A program made the position numbers and the translations under genes. A model generated the notes under the pieces. The model did no database searches, had not been told where the DNA came from, and worked only from the letters and a program-made list of their open reading frames with translations. A stretch of 58,434 bases of DNA, the filler included, from Sphacelaria rigidula (Eukaryota): the NCBI GenBank assembly GCA_964200075.2. It is 5 parts of 5 records of this genome, joined end to end, with 100 filler letters (N's around TTAATTAATTAA, not from the genome) between each part and the next. Parts side by side here need not be neighbours in the genome. Positions count along the whole stretch, not along the records: positions 11,709 to 23,315 come from CAXNAA020004716.1; positions 23,416 to 35,022 come from CAXNAA020004717.1; 3 more parts are not named here. One strand, given 5' to 3'. Every line of letters starts with the position of its first letter. The first letter of the stretch is position 1. Shown here piece by piece: positions 13,016-24,777 of the stretch.

Positions 13016-16000
13016 TTTCAACCTACTCTAAGACAGCCCGGAGATAGACACGAGATAGAGCAGCCCACCCTCCCTTTTATTCAACCTACTATAACACAGC
13101 CAGGACATACACATGAAATAGAGAAGCTCACCCTCCTTTTAATTCAAGCAACTATAACACAGCCCGGATATAAACAAGGAATAGAGAAGCTAACCCTCCC
13201 TTTATTCAACCTACTATAACACAACCCGGATATAGACATGGAATAGAGAAGCTCACCCTCCTTCCTTATCAACCTACTATAACGCAGTCCGGATGAAAAC
13301 ATGGAATAGAGGAGCTAACCCTCCTTTTTACTCCACCTACTATAGCATAGCCCGGATATAGACATGAAAATAAGAAACTAACCATCCCTTTTCTCTGACA
13401 TACTATAACACAGCCCGGCTATAGACATGAAATAGAGAAGCTTCACTTCGTTTTCTTTGAACGTACTATAACACAGTTCGGATATAGAAATGAAATAGAG
13501 AAGCTTCACTTCGTTTTGCTTGAACGTACTATAACACAGTTCGGATATAGAAATGAAATAGAGAAACTCACCCTCCTTCTTATTCAACCTACCATGACAC
13601 AGCCCGGACATAGACAAAAAATAAAGAACCTCACCCTCCTTCATATTTCACCTACTGTAACACAGCCCGGACATAGACATGAAATAGAGAAACAAACCCT
13701 CCTTTCTCTCTAACCTACTATAACACAGCTAGGACATAGACATGAAATAGAGAAGCTCACCCTCCATTCTATTTCATCTACTATACCGTAGTCCAGATAT
13801 TGACCTGAAATAGAGAAGCTAACCCTCCTTTTTCGTCGACCTACTATAACACAGCCCGGACATAGACATGGAATAGAGCAGCTAACCCTCCCTTTTATTC
13901 AACCTACTATAACACAGCAAGCACATAAACATAAAAAAGAGGAGCTAACCCTCCCTTTCATTGAATCTACTATAGCACAGCCAGGACATGAACATGAAAT
14001 AAAGAAGCTAACCCTCCTCTTTTTTCAACCTCCTATAACACAGCCCGGACATAGACATGAAATGGAGCAGCTAACCGTCCTTTTTCTTTTATCTACTATA
14101 ACACAGCCAGGACAGAGACATGAAATAGAGAAGCTTACCCTCCTTTTCCTTTATCCTACTGTAACACAGCCCAGATGTGAACATGAAATAGAGAAGCTTA
14201 CCCTCCTTTTCATTTCATCTACTATAACGCAGTCCACACATTGACATGAAATAGAAAAACTAACCCTCCCTTTAATACAACCTACTAAAACACAGCCCGG
14301 ATATAGACATGAAATACAGAAGCTAACCCTCCTTTTGATTTACCCTACTAAAGCACAGCCCGGACATGAACATGAAATGAAGAAGCTACCTCTCCTCTCT
14401 ATTTCACCTACTCTAACACAGCCCGGATATAGACATGAAATAGAGCACCTCACCCTCCTTTTTATTTTATCTACTATAACACAGCCCGGATATAGAGCCA
14501 CGAAAAATAGAGAAGCTTACCCTCTTTTTTATTTCACCTACTATAACACAGCCCGGACATAAGCACGAGAAAGAGCAGCTAACCGTACTTTTTCTATATC
14601 TACTCTAACACAGCCCGGAGATAGACATGGAATAGAGAAGCTCACACTCCTTGTTATTTAACCTACTATAACACAACCCGGATATAAACATAAAATTTAG
14701 AAGCTCACCCTCCTTCTTTATCAACCTACTAGAACGCTGTCCGGATAAAAACATGGAATAGAGGAGCTAACCCTCCTTTTTACTCCACCCACTATAACAT
14801 AGCCCGGATATAGACATGAAAATAAAAAACTAACCATCCCTTTTTTCCAACATACTATAACACAGCCCGGACATAGACATGAAATAATGAAGCTTCACTC
14901 CGTTTTTCTTGAACGTACTACAACACAGTTTGGATATAGAAATGAAATAAAGAAACTTACCCTCCTTTTTATTCAACCTACCATAACACAGCCCGGATAT
15001 AGACATAAAACAGAGAGACATACCTTCCGTCATATTTCATTTACTGTAACACAGCCCGGACATAGACATGAAATATAGAAACAAACCCTCCTTTTCCTCT
15101 CACCTACTATAACACAGCCAGGACGTAGACATGAAATAGAGAAGCTCACCCTCCATTCTATTTCATCTACTATACCGCGGTACAGACATTGACCTGAAAT
15201 AGAGAAGCTAACCCTCCTTTTTCGTCAACCTACTTTAACACAGCCCGGACATAGACATGGAATAGAGCAGCTAACCCTCCTATTTATTCAACCTACTATA
15301 ACACAGCCAGCACATAAACATGAAATGAAGAAGCTAACCCTCCCTTTTATTCAACCTACTATAGCACAGCCAGGACATGAACATGAAATAAAGAAGCTAA
15401 CCCTCCTCTTTTTTCAACACACTATAACACAGCCCGGACATAGACATGAAGTAGAGCAGCTAACCCTCCTTTTCCTTCAATCTACTATAGAACAGCCAGG
15501 ACAGTGACATGAAATAGAGAAGCTTACGCTCCTCTTCCTTTAACCTACTGTAACACAGCCCGGATATAAACAGGAAATAGAGAAGCTCACCCTCTCTTTT
15601 ATTCAACCTACTATCAAACAGCCCGGATATAAGCATGGAATAGAGAAGCTAACCCTTCTCTGTATTCAACCTACTATAACACAGCCCGGATATAGACATG
15701 AAGTAGAGAAGCGCACCCTCCTTCCTTATCAACCTACTAGAACGCAGTCCGGATGAAAACATGGAATAGAGGAGCTAACCCTCCTCTTCATTACACCTAC
15801 AATAACATAGCCCGGATATAGACATGAAAGTAAAAAACTAACCATCCCTTTTCTCCAACATACAATCACACAGCCCGGACAGAGAAATAGAAAATAGAGA
15901 AGCTTTACTTCGTTTTTCTTGAACGTACTATAACACAGCTCGGAAATAGAAATAAAATAGAGAAGCTCACCCTCCTTTTTATTCAACCTATCATAACACA

Positions 16001-19000
16001 GCCCGGACATAGACATAAAATAGAGAGACTTACCCTCCTTTACATTTTACCTACTGTGACACAGCCCGGACATGGACATGAAATAGAGAAACAAACCCTC
16101 CTTTTCCTCTAACCTACTGTAACACAGCCAGGACATAGACATGAAATAGAGAAGCTCATGCTTCATTTTATTTCATCCACTATAACGCAGTCCTGATATT
16201 GACCTATAAAAGAGAAGCTAACCCTCTCTTTTCTTGAACCTACTATAACAAAGCCCAGACGTAAACATGAAACAGAGCAGGAAACCCTCCCTTTTACTCA
16301 ACTTACTATAACACAGCCAGGACATAGACATGAACTAGAGAAGCTGACCCTACTTTCTATTCAACAAACCATAACACAGCCCGGATATAAACATGAAATA
16401 GAGAATCTCACCCTCCTGTTTATCCAACCAAAATAACACGGCCCGGATATAAACAAGGAATAGAGAAGCTAACCCTCCCCTTATTCAACCTACTATAACA
16501 CAGCCCGGATATAGACATGAAATAGAGACGCTGACCCTCCTTCCTTATCAACCTACCATAACGCAGTCCGGATGAAAACATGGAATAGAGGAGCTAACCC
16601 TTCTTTTTATTCCACCTACCATAACATAGCCCGGATATAGACATGAAATAAGAAACTAACCATCCTCTTTCTCTCACATACTTCAACACAGCTCGGACAT
16701 AGACATGAAATAGAGAAGCTTCCCCTCGTTTTTTTCAACGTAATATAACACAGTTTGGATATAGAAATAAATAGAAAAGCTCACCCCTTTTTTTTCAACC
16801 TTCTAAAACACAGCCCGCACAACGACAAAAAATAGAGAGAATTACCCTCCTTCTCGTGTCACCTACTGTAACACAGCCCGAACATAGACATGAAATAGAT
16901 AAGCTAACCCTCCTTTTTAATCAACCTACTATAACACAGCCCGGACATAGACATGAAATAAAGCGGCTAACCCTCCCTTTTTTTCAACCTACTATAGCAC
17001 AGCTCGGACATGAACATGAAATAAAGAAGCTAACCCTCCTCTTTTCTCAACCTATCATAACACAGCCCGGACATATCATGAAATAGAGCAGCTAACCGTC
17101 CTTTTTCTTTCATCTACTATAACACAGACAGGACAGAGACATGAAATAGAGAAGCTTACCCTCCTTTTCCTTTCACCTACTATAACACAGTCCGGATATA
17201 GACATGAAATAGAGAAGCGAACCCTCCATTTCATGCAACCTACTATAACACAGTCCGGATATAGACATGAAACACAGAAGCTAACCCTCCCTTCTATTCA
17301 CCCTACTCGAACACAGCCCGAACATAGACATGAAATGAAGAAGCTACCTCTCCTTTCTATTTCACCTACTCTCACACAGCCCGGAGATAGACATGAAATA
17401 AGGCAGCTCACCCTCCTCTTTATTTCACGCACAGTAACACAGTCTGGACATAGACATAAAATAGAGAGACAAAGCCTCCTTTTCCTCTAACCTACTATAC
17501 CATGGCCAGGACATAGACATGAAATAGAGAAGCTCACCCCTCATTATATTTCATCTACTATAACACAGTCCGGATAAAGATATGAAATACAGAAGCTACC
17601 TCTCCTTTCTATTTCACTTACTCTAACACATCCCGGATATAGACATGAAATAGAGAAGCTCACCCTCCTCTTTATTTCACCTACCATAACACAGCCTGGA
17701 CATAGATACGAGATAGAGCAGCTAACCGTCCTTTTTCTTGAACCTACTCTAACACAGCCCGGAGATGGACATGGAATAGAGAAGCTCACCCTCCCTTTTA
17801 TTCAACCTACTATAACACAGCCAGGACATAGACACGAAATAGAGAAGCTCACCCTCCTCTTTTTTCGACCCACTATCAAACAGCCCAGATAAGAACATGG
17901 AATAGAGAAGCTAACCCTCCTTTGTATTCAACCTACTATAACACAGCCCGGATATAGACGTGGAATAGAGCAGCTCTTCTTCCCTTTTATTCAACCTACT
18001 ATAACACAGCCAGGACATAGACATGAAATAGAGAAGCTCACCCTCCATCTTTTTTTGTCTACTATAACGCAGTCCAGATACTGACCTGAAGAAGAGAAGC
18101 TCACCCTCCTTTTCATTCCACCTAGCAAAACATAGCCCGGATATAGACATGAAAATACGAAATTAACCAACCTTTTTCTCTAACATACTCTAACACAGCG
18201 CGGACATAGACATGAAATAGAAAAGCTTTCCCTCGTTTTTCTTGAACGTACTCTAACACAGTTCGGATACAGAAATGAAACAGAGGAACTCACCCTCCTT
18301 CATATTTCACCCACTGTAACACAGCCCGGACATAGACATGAAATAGAGAAACAAACCCCCCTTTTTCTCTAACCTACCATCACACAGCTAGGACATAGAC
18401 ATGAAATAGAGAAGCTCACCCTCCCTTTCATTTCATCTACTATAACGCAGTCCAGACATTGACCTGAAATAGAGAAGCTCACCCTCCGTTTTTATCAACC
18501 TACTATAACACAGCCCGGACATAGACATGGAACACAGCAGCTAACCCTCCCCGTTATTTAACCTACTATAACACAAGCAGCACATAAACATGGAATAGAG
18601 AAGCTAACCCTCCCTCTTATTGAACCTACTATAGCACAGCCAGGACATGAACATGAAATAAAGGACCTAACCCTCCCCGTTATTCAACCTACTATAACAC
18701 AGCCCGGACATAGACATGGAATAGAGCAGCTGACCGTCTTTTTTCTTGAATCTACTTGAACACAGCCAGGACAGGGACATAAAATAGAGAAGCTTATCCT
18801 CCTTTTCCTTTAACCTACTATAACATAGCCCGGATGTAAACATGAAATAGAGAAGCTCACCCTCCTTTTCATTTCATCTACTATAACGCAGTCCAGGCAT
18901 TGACATGAAACAGAGAAGCGAACCCTCCATCCTACACAACCTACTATAACACAGTCCGGATATAGACATGAAAAAACCTCTTTTTCTCTAACCTACTATC

Positions 19001-22000
19001 ACACAGCTAGGACATAGACATGAAATAGAGGAGCTCACCCTCCTCTAAATCCAACCTACTATAACACAGCCCGGATATAGACATGGAATAGAGAAGCTGA
19101 CCCCCCTTTTTATTCAACCTACTATAACACAGCCCGGATATAGACATGGAATAGAGAAGCTCGCCCGCCTTCCTGATCAACCTACTATAACGCAGTCCGG
19201 GTAAAAACATGGAATAGAGAAGCTAACCGTACTTTTTATTCAACCTACTATAACACAGCCCGGATATAGACATGAAATAAAGAAGCTCACCCTCCTTCCT
19301 TATCAACCTACTGAAACGCAGTCCGGATGAACAAATGAAATACAGAAGCTAACCCTCCTTTCTACCCTACTAAAACACAGCTCAGACATAGACATGAAAC
19401 AATAAAGGTCACCCTCCTTCGTGATCAACCTACTATAACGCAGTCCCGATGAAAACATGGAATAGAGAAGCTAACTCTACTTTTTATTCAACCTACTATA
19501 ACACAGCCCGGATATAGACATGAAATAGAGAAGCTCACCCTCCTTTCTTATCAACCTACTATAACGCAGTCCGGATATAGACATGAAATAGAGAAGCTAA
19601 CCCTCCTTCGTTTTTACCCTATTATAACACAGCCCGGACATAGACACGAGATAGAGCAGCTAACCGTACTTTTTCTCGGACCTACTCTGACACAGCCCGG
19701 AGATAGGCATGGAATAGAGCAGCTCACCCTCTATTTTATTCAACCTACTCTAGCGCAGCCAGGACACAGACATGGCATAGAGAAGGTTACCCTCCTCTTT
19801 ATTCAACCTACAATCAAACAGCCCGGATATAAATATGGAGTAGAGAAGTTAACCCTTCTTCTTATTCAACCTACTATAACACAGCCCGGATATAGACATG
19901 ATATAGGGAAGCTCACCCTCCTTCCTGATCGATCTACAATAACGCATTCCGGATGAAAACATGAAGTACAGAAGCTACCCCTGCTTTTTATTTACCCTAC
20001 CATAACACAGCCCGGACATAGACATGAAATGGCGTAGCTACCTCTCCTTCTTATTTCACCTACTCTAACACAGCCCGAACATAGACACGAGATAGAGTAG
20101 CTAATCGTACTTTCTCTCCAACCTACGCTAACACAGCCCGGAGATAGACACCAGATAGAGCAGCTCACCCTCCCTTTTAAGCAACCTACCATAACAAAGC
20201 CAGCATATAGACATGAAATAGAGAAGCTCACCCTCCCCTTTATTCAACCTACAATAACACAGCCCGAATATAGCATGGAATAGAGCAGCTAAACCTTCTT
20301 TTTTTCAACCTACTATAACACAGCCCGGATATAGACATGAAAAAGAAAAGCCCACCCTCCTTCCTGATCAATATACTATAACACAGTTCGGATATAAACA
20401 TGGAATAGAGAAGCTAACGGTACTTTTTATTTTACCTACTATAACATAGCCCGGATATAGACATGAAATCGAGAAGCTCACCCTCCTTCCTTATCAATCT
20501 ACTATAACGCAGTCCGGATATAAACATGGAATAGAGGAACTAACCCTCCTTTTTATTCAACCTACTATAACATAGCCAGGATATAGACATGAAATAAATA
20601 AGCTCACCCTCCTTCGTGATCAACCTACTATAACCCAGTCCGGATGAAAACATGGAATAGAGAAGCTAACCCTACTTTTTATTCAACCTACTATAACACA
20701 GCCCGGATATAGACATGAAATGGAGAAACTCACCCTCCTTTCTTATCAACCTACTTCAACGCAGTCCGGATGAACACATGAAATAGAGAAGCTAACCCTC
20801 CTTTCTATTTTCCCTACTATAACACAGCCCGGACATAGACACGAGATGGAGCAGCTAACCGTACTTTTTCTTGGACCTACTCTGACACAGCCCGGAGATA
20901 GACATGGAATAGAGCAGCTCACCCTCCATTCTATTCAACCTACTCTAGCGCAGCCAGGACAAAGACATGGAATAGAGAAGCTTACCCTCCTCTTTATTCA
21001 ACCTACTATCAAACAGCCCGGATATAAACATGAGGTGGAGAAGTTGACCCTTCTTCTTATTCAACCTACTATAACACAGCCCGGATATAGACATGAAATA
21101 GAGAAGCTCACCCTCCTTCCTGATCGATCTACAATAACGCAGTCCGGATGAAAACATGAAGTACAGAAGCTAGCCCTGCTTTTTATTTACCCTACCATAA
21201 CACAGCCCGGACATAGACATGAAATGGCGTAGCTACCTCTCCTTCTTATTTCACCTACTCTAACACAGCCCGAACATAGACACGAGATAGAGTAGCTAAT
21301 CGTACTTTCTCTCCAACCTACGCTAACACAGCCCGGAGATAGACACCAGATAGAGCAGCTCACCCTCCCGTTTAAGCAACCTACCATAACAAAGCCAGCA
21401 TATAGACATGAAATAGAGAAGCTCACCCTCCCCTTTATTCAACCTACTATAACACAGCCCGGATATAAACATGGGATAGAGCAGCTAAACCTTCTTTTTT
21501 TCAACCTACTATAACACAGCCCGGATATAGACATGAAAAAGAAAAGCCCACCCTCCTTCCTGATCAACATACTACAATGCAGTTCGTATATAGACATGGA
21601 ATAGAGAAGCTAACCGTACTTTTTATTTTACCTACTATAACATAGCCCGAATATAGACATGAAATCGAGAAGCTCACCCTCCTCCCGTATCAATCTACCA
21701 TAACGCAATCCGGATATAAACATGGAATAGAGAAGCTAACCCTCCTTTTTATTCAACCTGCTATAACATAGCCAGGATATAGATATGAAATGAATAAGCT
21801 CACCCTCCTTCGTGATCAACCTACTATAACCCAGTCCGGATGAAAACATGGAATAGAGAAGCTAACCCTACTTTTTATTCAACCTACTATAAAACAGCCC
21901 GGATATAGACATGAAATAGAGAAGCTCACCCTCCTTTCTTATCAACCTACTTCAACGCAGTCCGGATGATCACATGTAATACAGAAGCTAACCCTCCTTT

Positions 22001-23315
22001 TTATTTTCCCTACTATAACACAGCCCGGACATAGACACGAGATGGAGCAGCTAACCGTACTATTTCTTGGACCTACTCTGACACAGCCCGGAGATAGACA
22101 TGGAATAGAGAAGCTTACCCTCCTCTTTATTCAACCTACAATCAAACAGCCCGGATATAAACATGGAGTAGAGAAGTTAACCCTTCTTCTTATTCAACCT
22201 ACTATAACACAGCCCGGATATAGTCATGAAATAGATAAGCTCACCCTCCTTCCTGATCAATCTACAACAACGCAGTCCGGATGAAAACATGAAATACAGA
22301 AGCTAGCCCTCCTTTTTATTTACCCTACCATAACACAGCCCGGACATAGACATGAAACGGAGTAGCTACCTCTCCTTCTCATTTCACCTACTCTCACACA
22401 GCCCGAACATAGACACGAGATAGAGCAGCTCATCGTACTTTCTCTCCAACCTACGCTAACAAAGCCCGAACATAGACACGAGATAGAGCAGCTTACCGTA
22501 CTTTCTTTTGGACCTACTCTAACACAGCCCGGAGATAAAAATGGAATAGAGCAGCTCACCCTCCCTTTTATTCAACCTACCATAACACAGCCAGGACATA
22601 GACACGAAATAGAGAAGCTCACCCTCCTCTTTATTCAACCTACTATAACACAGCCCGGATATAGTCATGAAATAGATAAGCTCACCCTCCTTCCTGATCA
22701 ATCTACAACAACGCAATCCGGATGAAAACATGAAATACAGAAGCTAGCCCTGCTTTTTATTTACCCTACCATAACACAGCCCGGACATAGACATGAAATG
22801 GAGTAGCTACCTCTCCTTCTCATTTCACCTACTCTCACACAGCCCGAACATAGACACGAGATAGAGCAGCTAATCGTACTTTCTCTCGAACCTACGCTAA
22901 CAAAGCCCGAACATAGACACGAGATAGAGCAGCTAACCGTACTTTCTTTTGGACCTACTCTAACACAGCCCGGAGATAGACATGGAATAGAGCAGCTCAC
23001 CCTCCCTTTTATTCAACCTACTATAACACAGCCAGGACATAGACATGAAATAGAGAAGCTCACCCTCCTCTTTATTCAACCTACTATAACACAGCCAGGA
23101 CATATGCATGGAATACAGCAGCTCACCCTCCACTTTTTTCAACCTACTATAACACAGCCCGGATATAGACATGAAAAAAAAAAGCCCACCCGCCTTCCTG
23201 ATCAACCTACTATAACGCAGTCCGGGTAAAAACATGGAATAGAGAAGCTAACCGTACTTTTTATTCAACCTACTATAACACAGCCCGGATATAGACATGA
23301 AATAAAGAAGCTCAC
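13016..23315. repeat. 63-bp satellite array (~160+ diverged monomers, higher-order repeats), truncated at the segment end
   Basis: Consensus approx. CAACCTACTATAACACAGCCCGGATATAGACATGAAATAGAGAAGCTCACCCTCCTTTTTATT, repeated continuously in one orientation for ~10.3 kb. Confidence 0.97.
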
Positions 23316-23415
23316 NNNNNNNNNNNNNNNNNNNNNNNNNNNNNNNNNNNNNNNNNNNNTTAATTAATTAANNNNNNNNNNNNNNNNNNNNNNNNNNNNN
23401 NNNNNNNNNNNNNNN
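23316..23415. other. Artificial scaffold-joining spacer
   Basis: N44-TTAATTAATTAA-N44. Confidence 0.98.
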
Positions 23416-23944
23416 ACCAGCTCGTATCTCTTGGATGTAGATTCGAAACTTAATTGCTTGGAATCTAGACACTCAAGTGTACCGGAGACACAAGGGGAGG
23501 GAAACAAACTCTTGTTTTCACTTCGGCCTTGGAAACAAAAATCGAAAGATGTTCAGCTCTTCGTGAAATGTAGAAAACGTCCCGAAGACCGTTGCAGGGG
23601 GGCAGCACTATTTCATGCCTTTTGGCGGAATCATCTTGTAGCACTCTGGCTGCTCCAAAAACGGATGCGCACGGGACCGTGACTTCCCAAACGAATATCG
23701 CCCTCGTGTCTGAATGGACGTTGGGGCCCGTTTTAACGACACAAGAGAAATGGGAACGCGTCATGAGCTCGAGAGTGATTCGGGCGGCTTTGGTTATTTT
23801 GTATTACTTTTGTCCTTCCGATTGATTGAGAGCTGATGGGGCAACGAATTGGATTTTTTTTTCATGTGTGTCGCATTTTGAACCCCTGCCCGTCCTCGGG
23901 ACGGGTCCGTGGTCTCCAGAGATCAACCCATCCCTCCCCGGTAC

Positions 23945-24030
23945 ACGCAGGTGCTCCGTCTCGAAAGGGATGCGTGGTCAATGGTCAAATGACTAAGGCA
24001 AGCAACAAATGAGTACGCCCCCCCCCCTGG
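23945..24030 (-). repeat. Abundant dispersed repeat family B terminus (GGGG..GTACTCAT end)
   Basis: gtgctccgtctcgaaagggatgcgtggtcaatggtcaaatgactaaggcaagcaacaaatgagtacgcccccc. Homologous copies at 27745-27860, 29100-29250, 37100-37225 and 41630-41700. Confidence 0.8.
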
Positions 24031-24182
24031 TACACGCCTTGCATTTTGGTCTCGCGGATTGGGTCATGACTATCAGCACTCCAGCACCGCGTCAACTCAC
24101 GTTAAACAAACTCAGTCAACTACTTTGTGTCCTCAACTTCTCACGCCCTCCACGGTGGAAATCAGATGCCACGAAGAAAAAA

Positions 24183-24258
24183 CCTGACACATCGGGGATC
24201 GAACCCTCGTTTTCTCCACCCTGATGGTGACAGTCGGACCATCACACCCCCGGGGCGC
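24183..24258 (-). mobile_element. tRNA-derived SINE-like head, second copy
   Basis: Reverse complement GCGCCCCGGGGGTGTGATGGTCCGACTGTCACCATCAGGGTGGAGAAAACGAGGGTTCGATCCCCGATGTGTCAGG, followed by a T-run. Homologous to 11543-11608. Confidence 0.65.
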
Positions 24259-24603
24259 GGCAATCAATTCGAAGGACAGAAAAAAAAAATCACAAAAAAA
24301 CGCTCAAAGCACCCCCACTTTCACGAAGCGGTCCCTCACTTTTCCTCTTTGGTTTAAAACAGGCCCTAAACCCTCTGACCGCCACTGTGGGTTATCTGGG
24401 TGGTCTGCCAGCGCTATTCAAATGAGATTGATCCTGTTTCAACGGATGGTCCACCGTGGCGGTTACAGGGTGAGGAGATGCAAGTCAACACGGCCACGAC
24501 AATAATAACAGCACAAGCAGCAGAAGCAGCAGGGACCCATCAACAGCCATCTCCAACAAACCAACAAAGCTATTGTAACACGTCTCATATCCTTACTACG
24601 CAC

Positions 24604-24777
24604 CTCTCGTTTAGCGTGAGAATCTCCGCCAGCAAAGGCCCCTGAATATTCATGTTCGCTTCGATGTCATCGCGGTATGGCGCCAGTTGCTCGAGGGCTA
24701 GGGTCACGGCTCCATGGTAGGCTTCGGGACCCCCGCCGCCGCTACGTCCGGCCTTAGCCAGCTCGCTCGCAACGTTC
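24604..24777 (-). CDS. ALIX: ALIX exon (NVASELAKAG...QGPLLAEILTLNE)
   Basis: tttttgcag acceptor, AG|gtgcgt donor; phase matches the upstream exon. Confidence 0.85.

Noticed and set aside
13016..23315. CRISPR-like array or long repeat-protein gene
   Set aside because: Monomers are homologous along their whole length with no unique spacers and no cas genes. ORFs are at most ~100 aa, with frequent stops and frameshifts on both strands.
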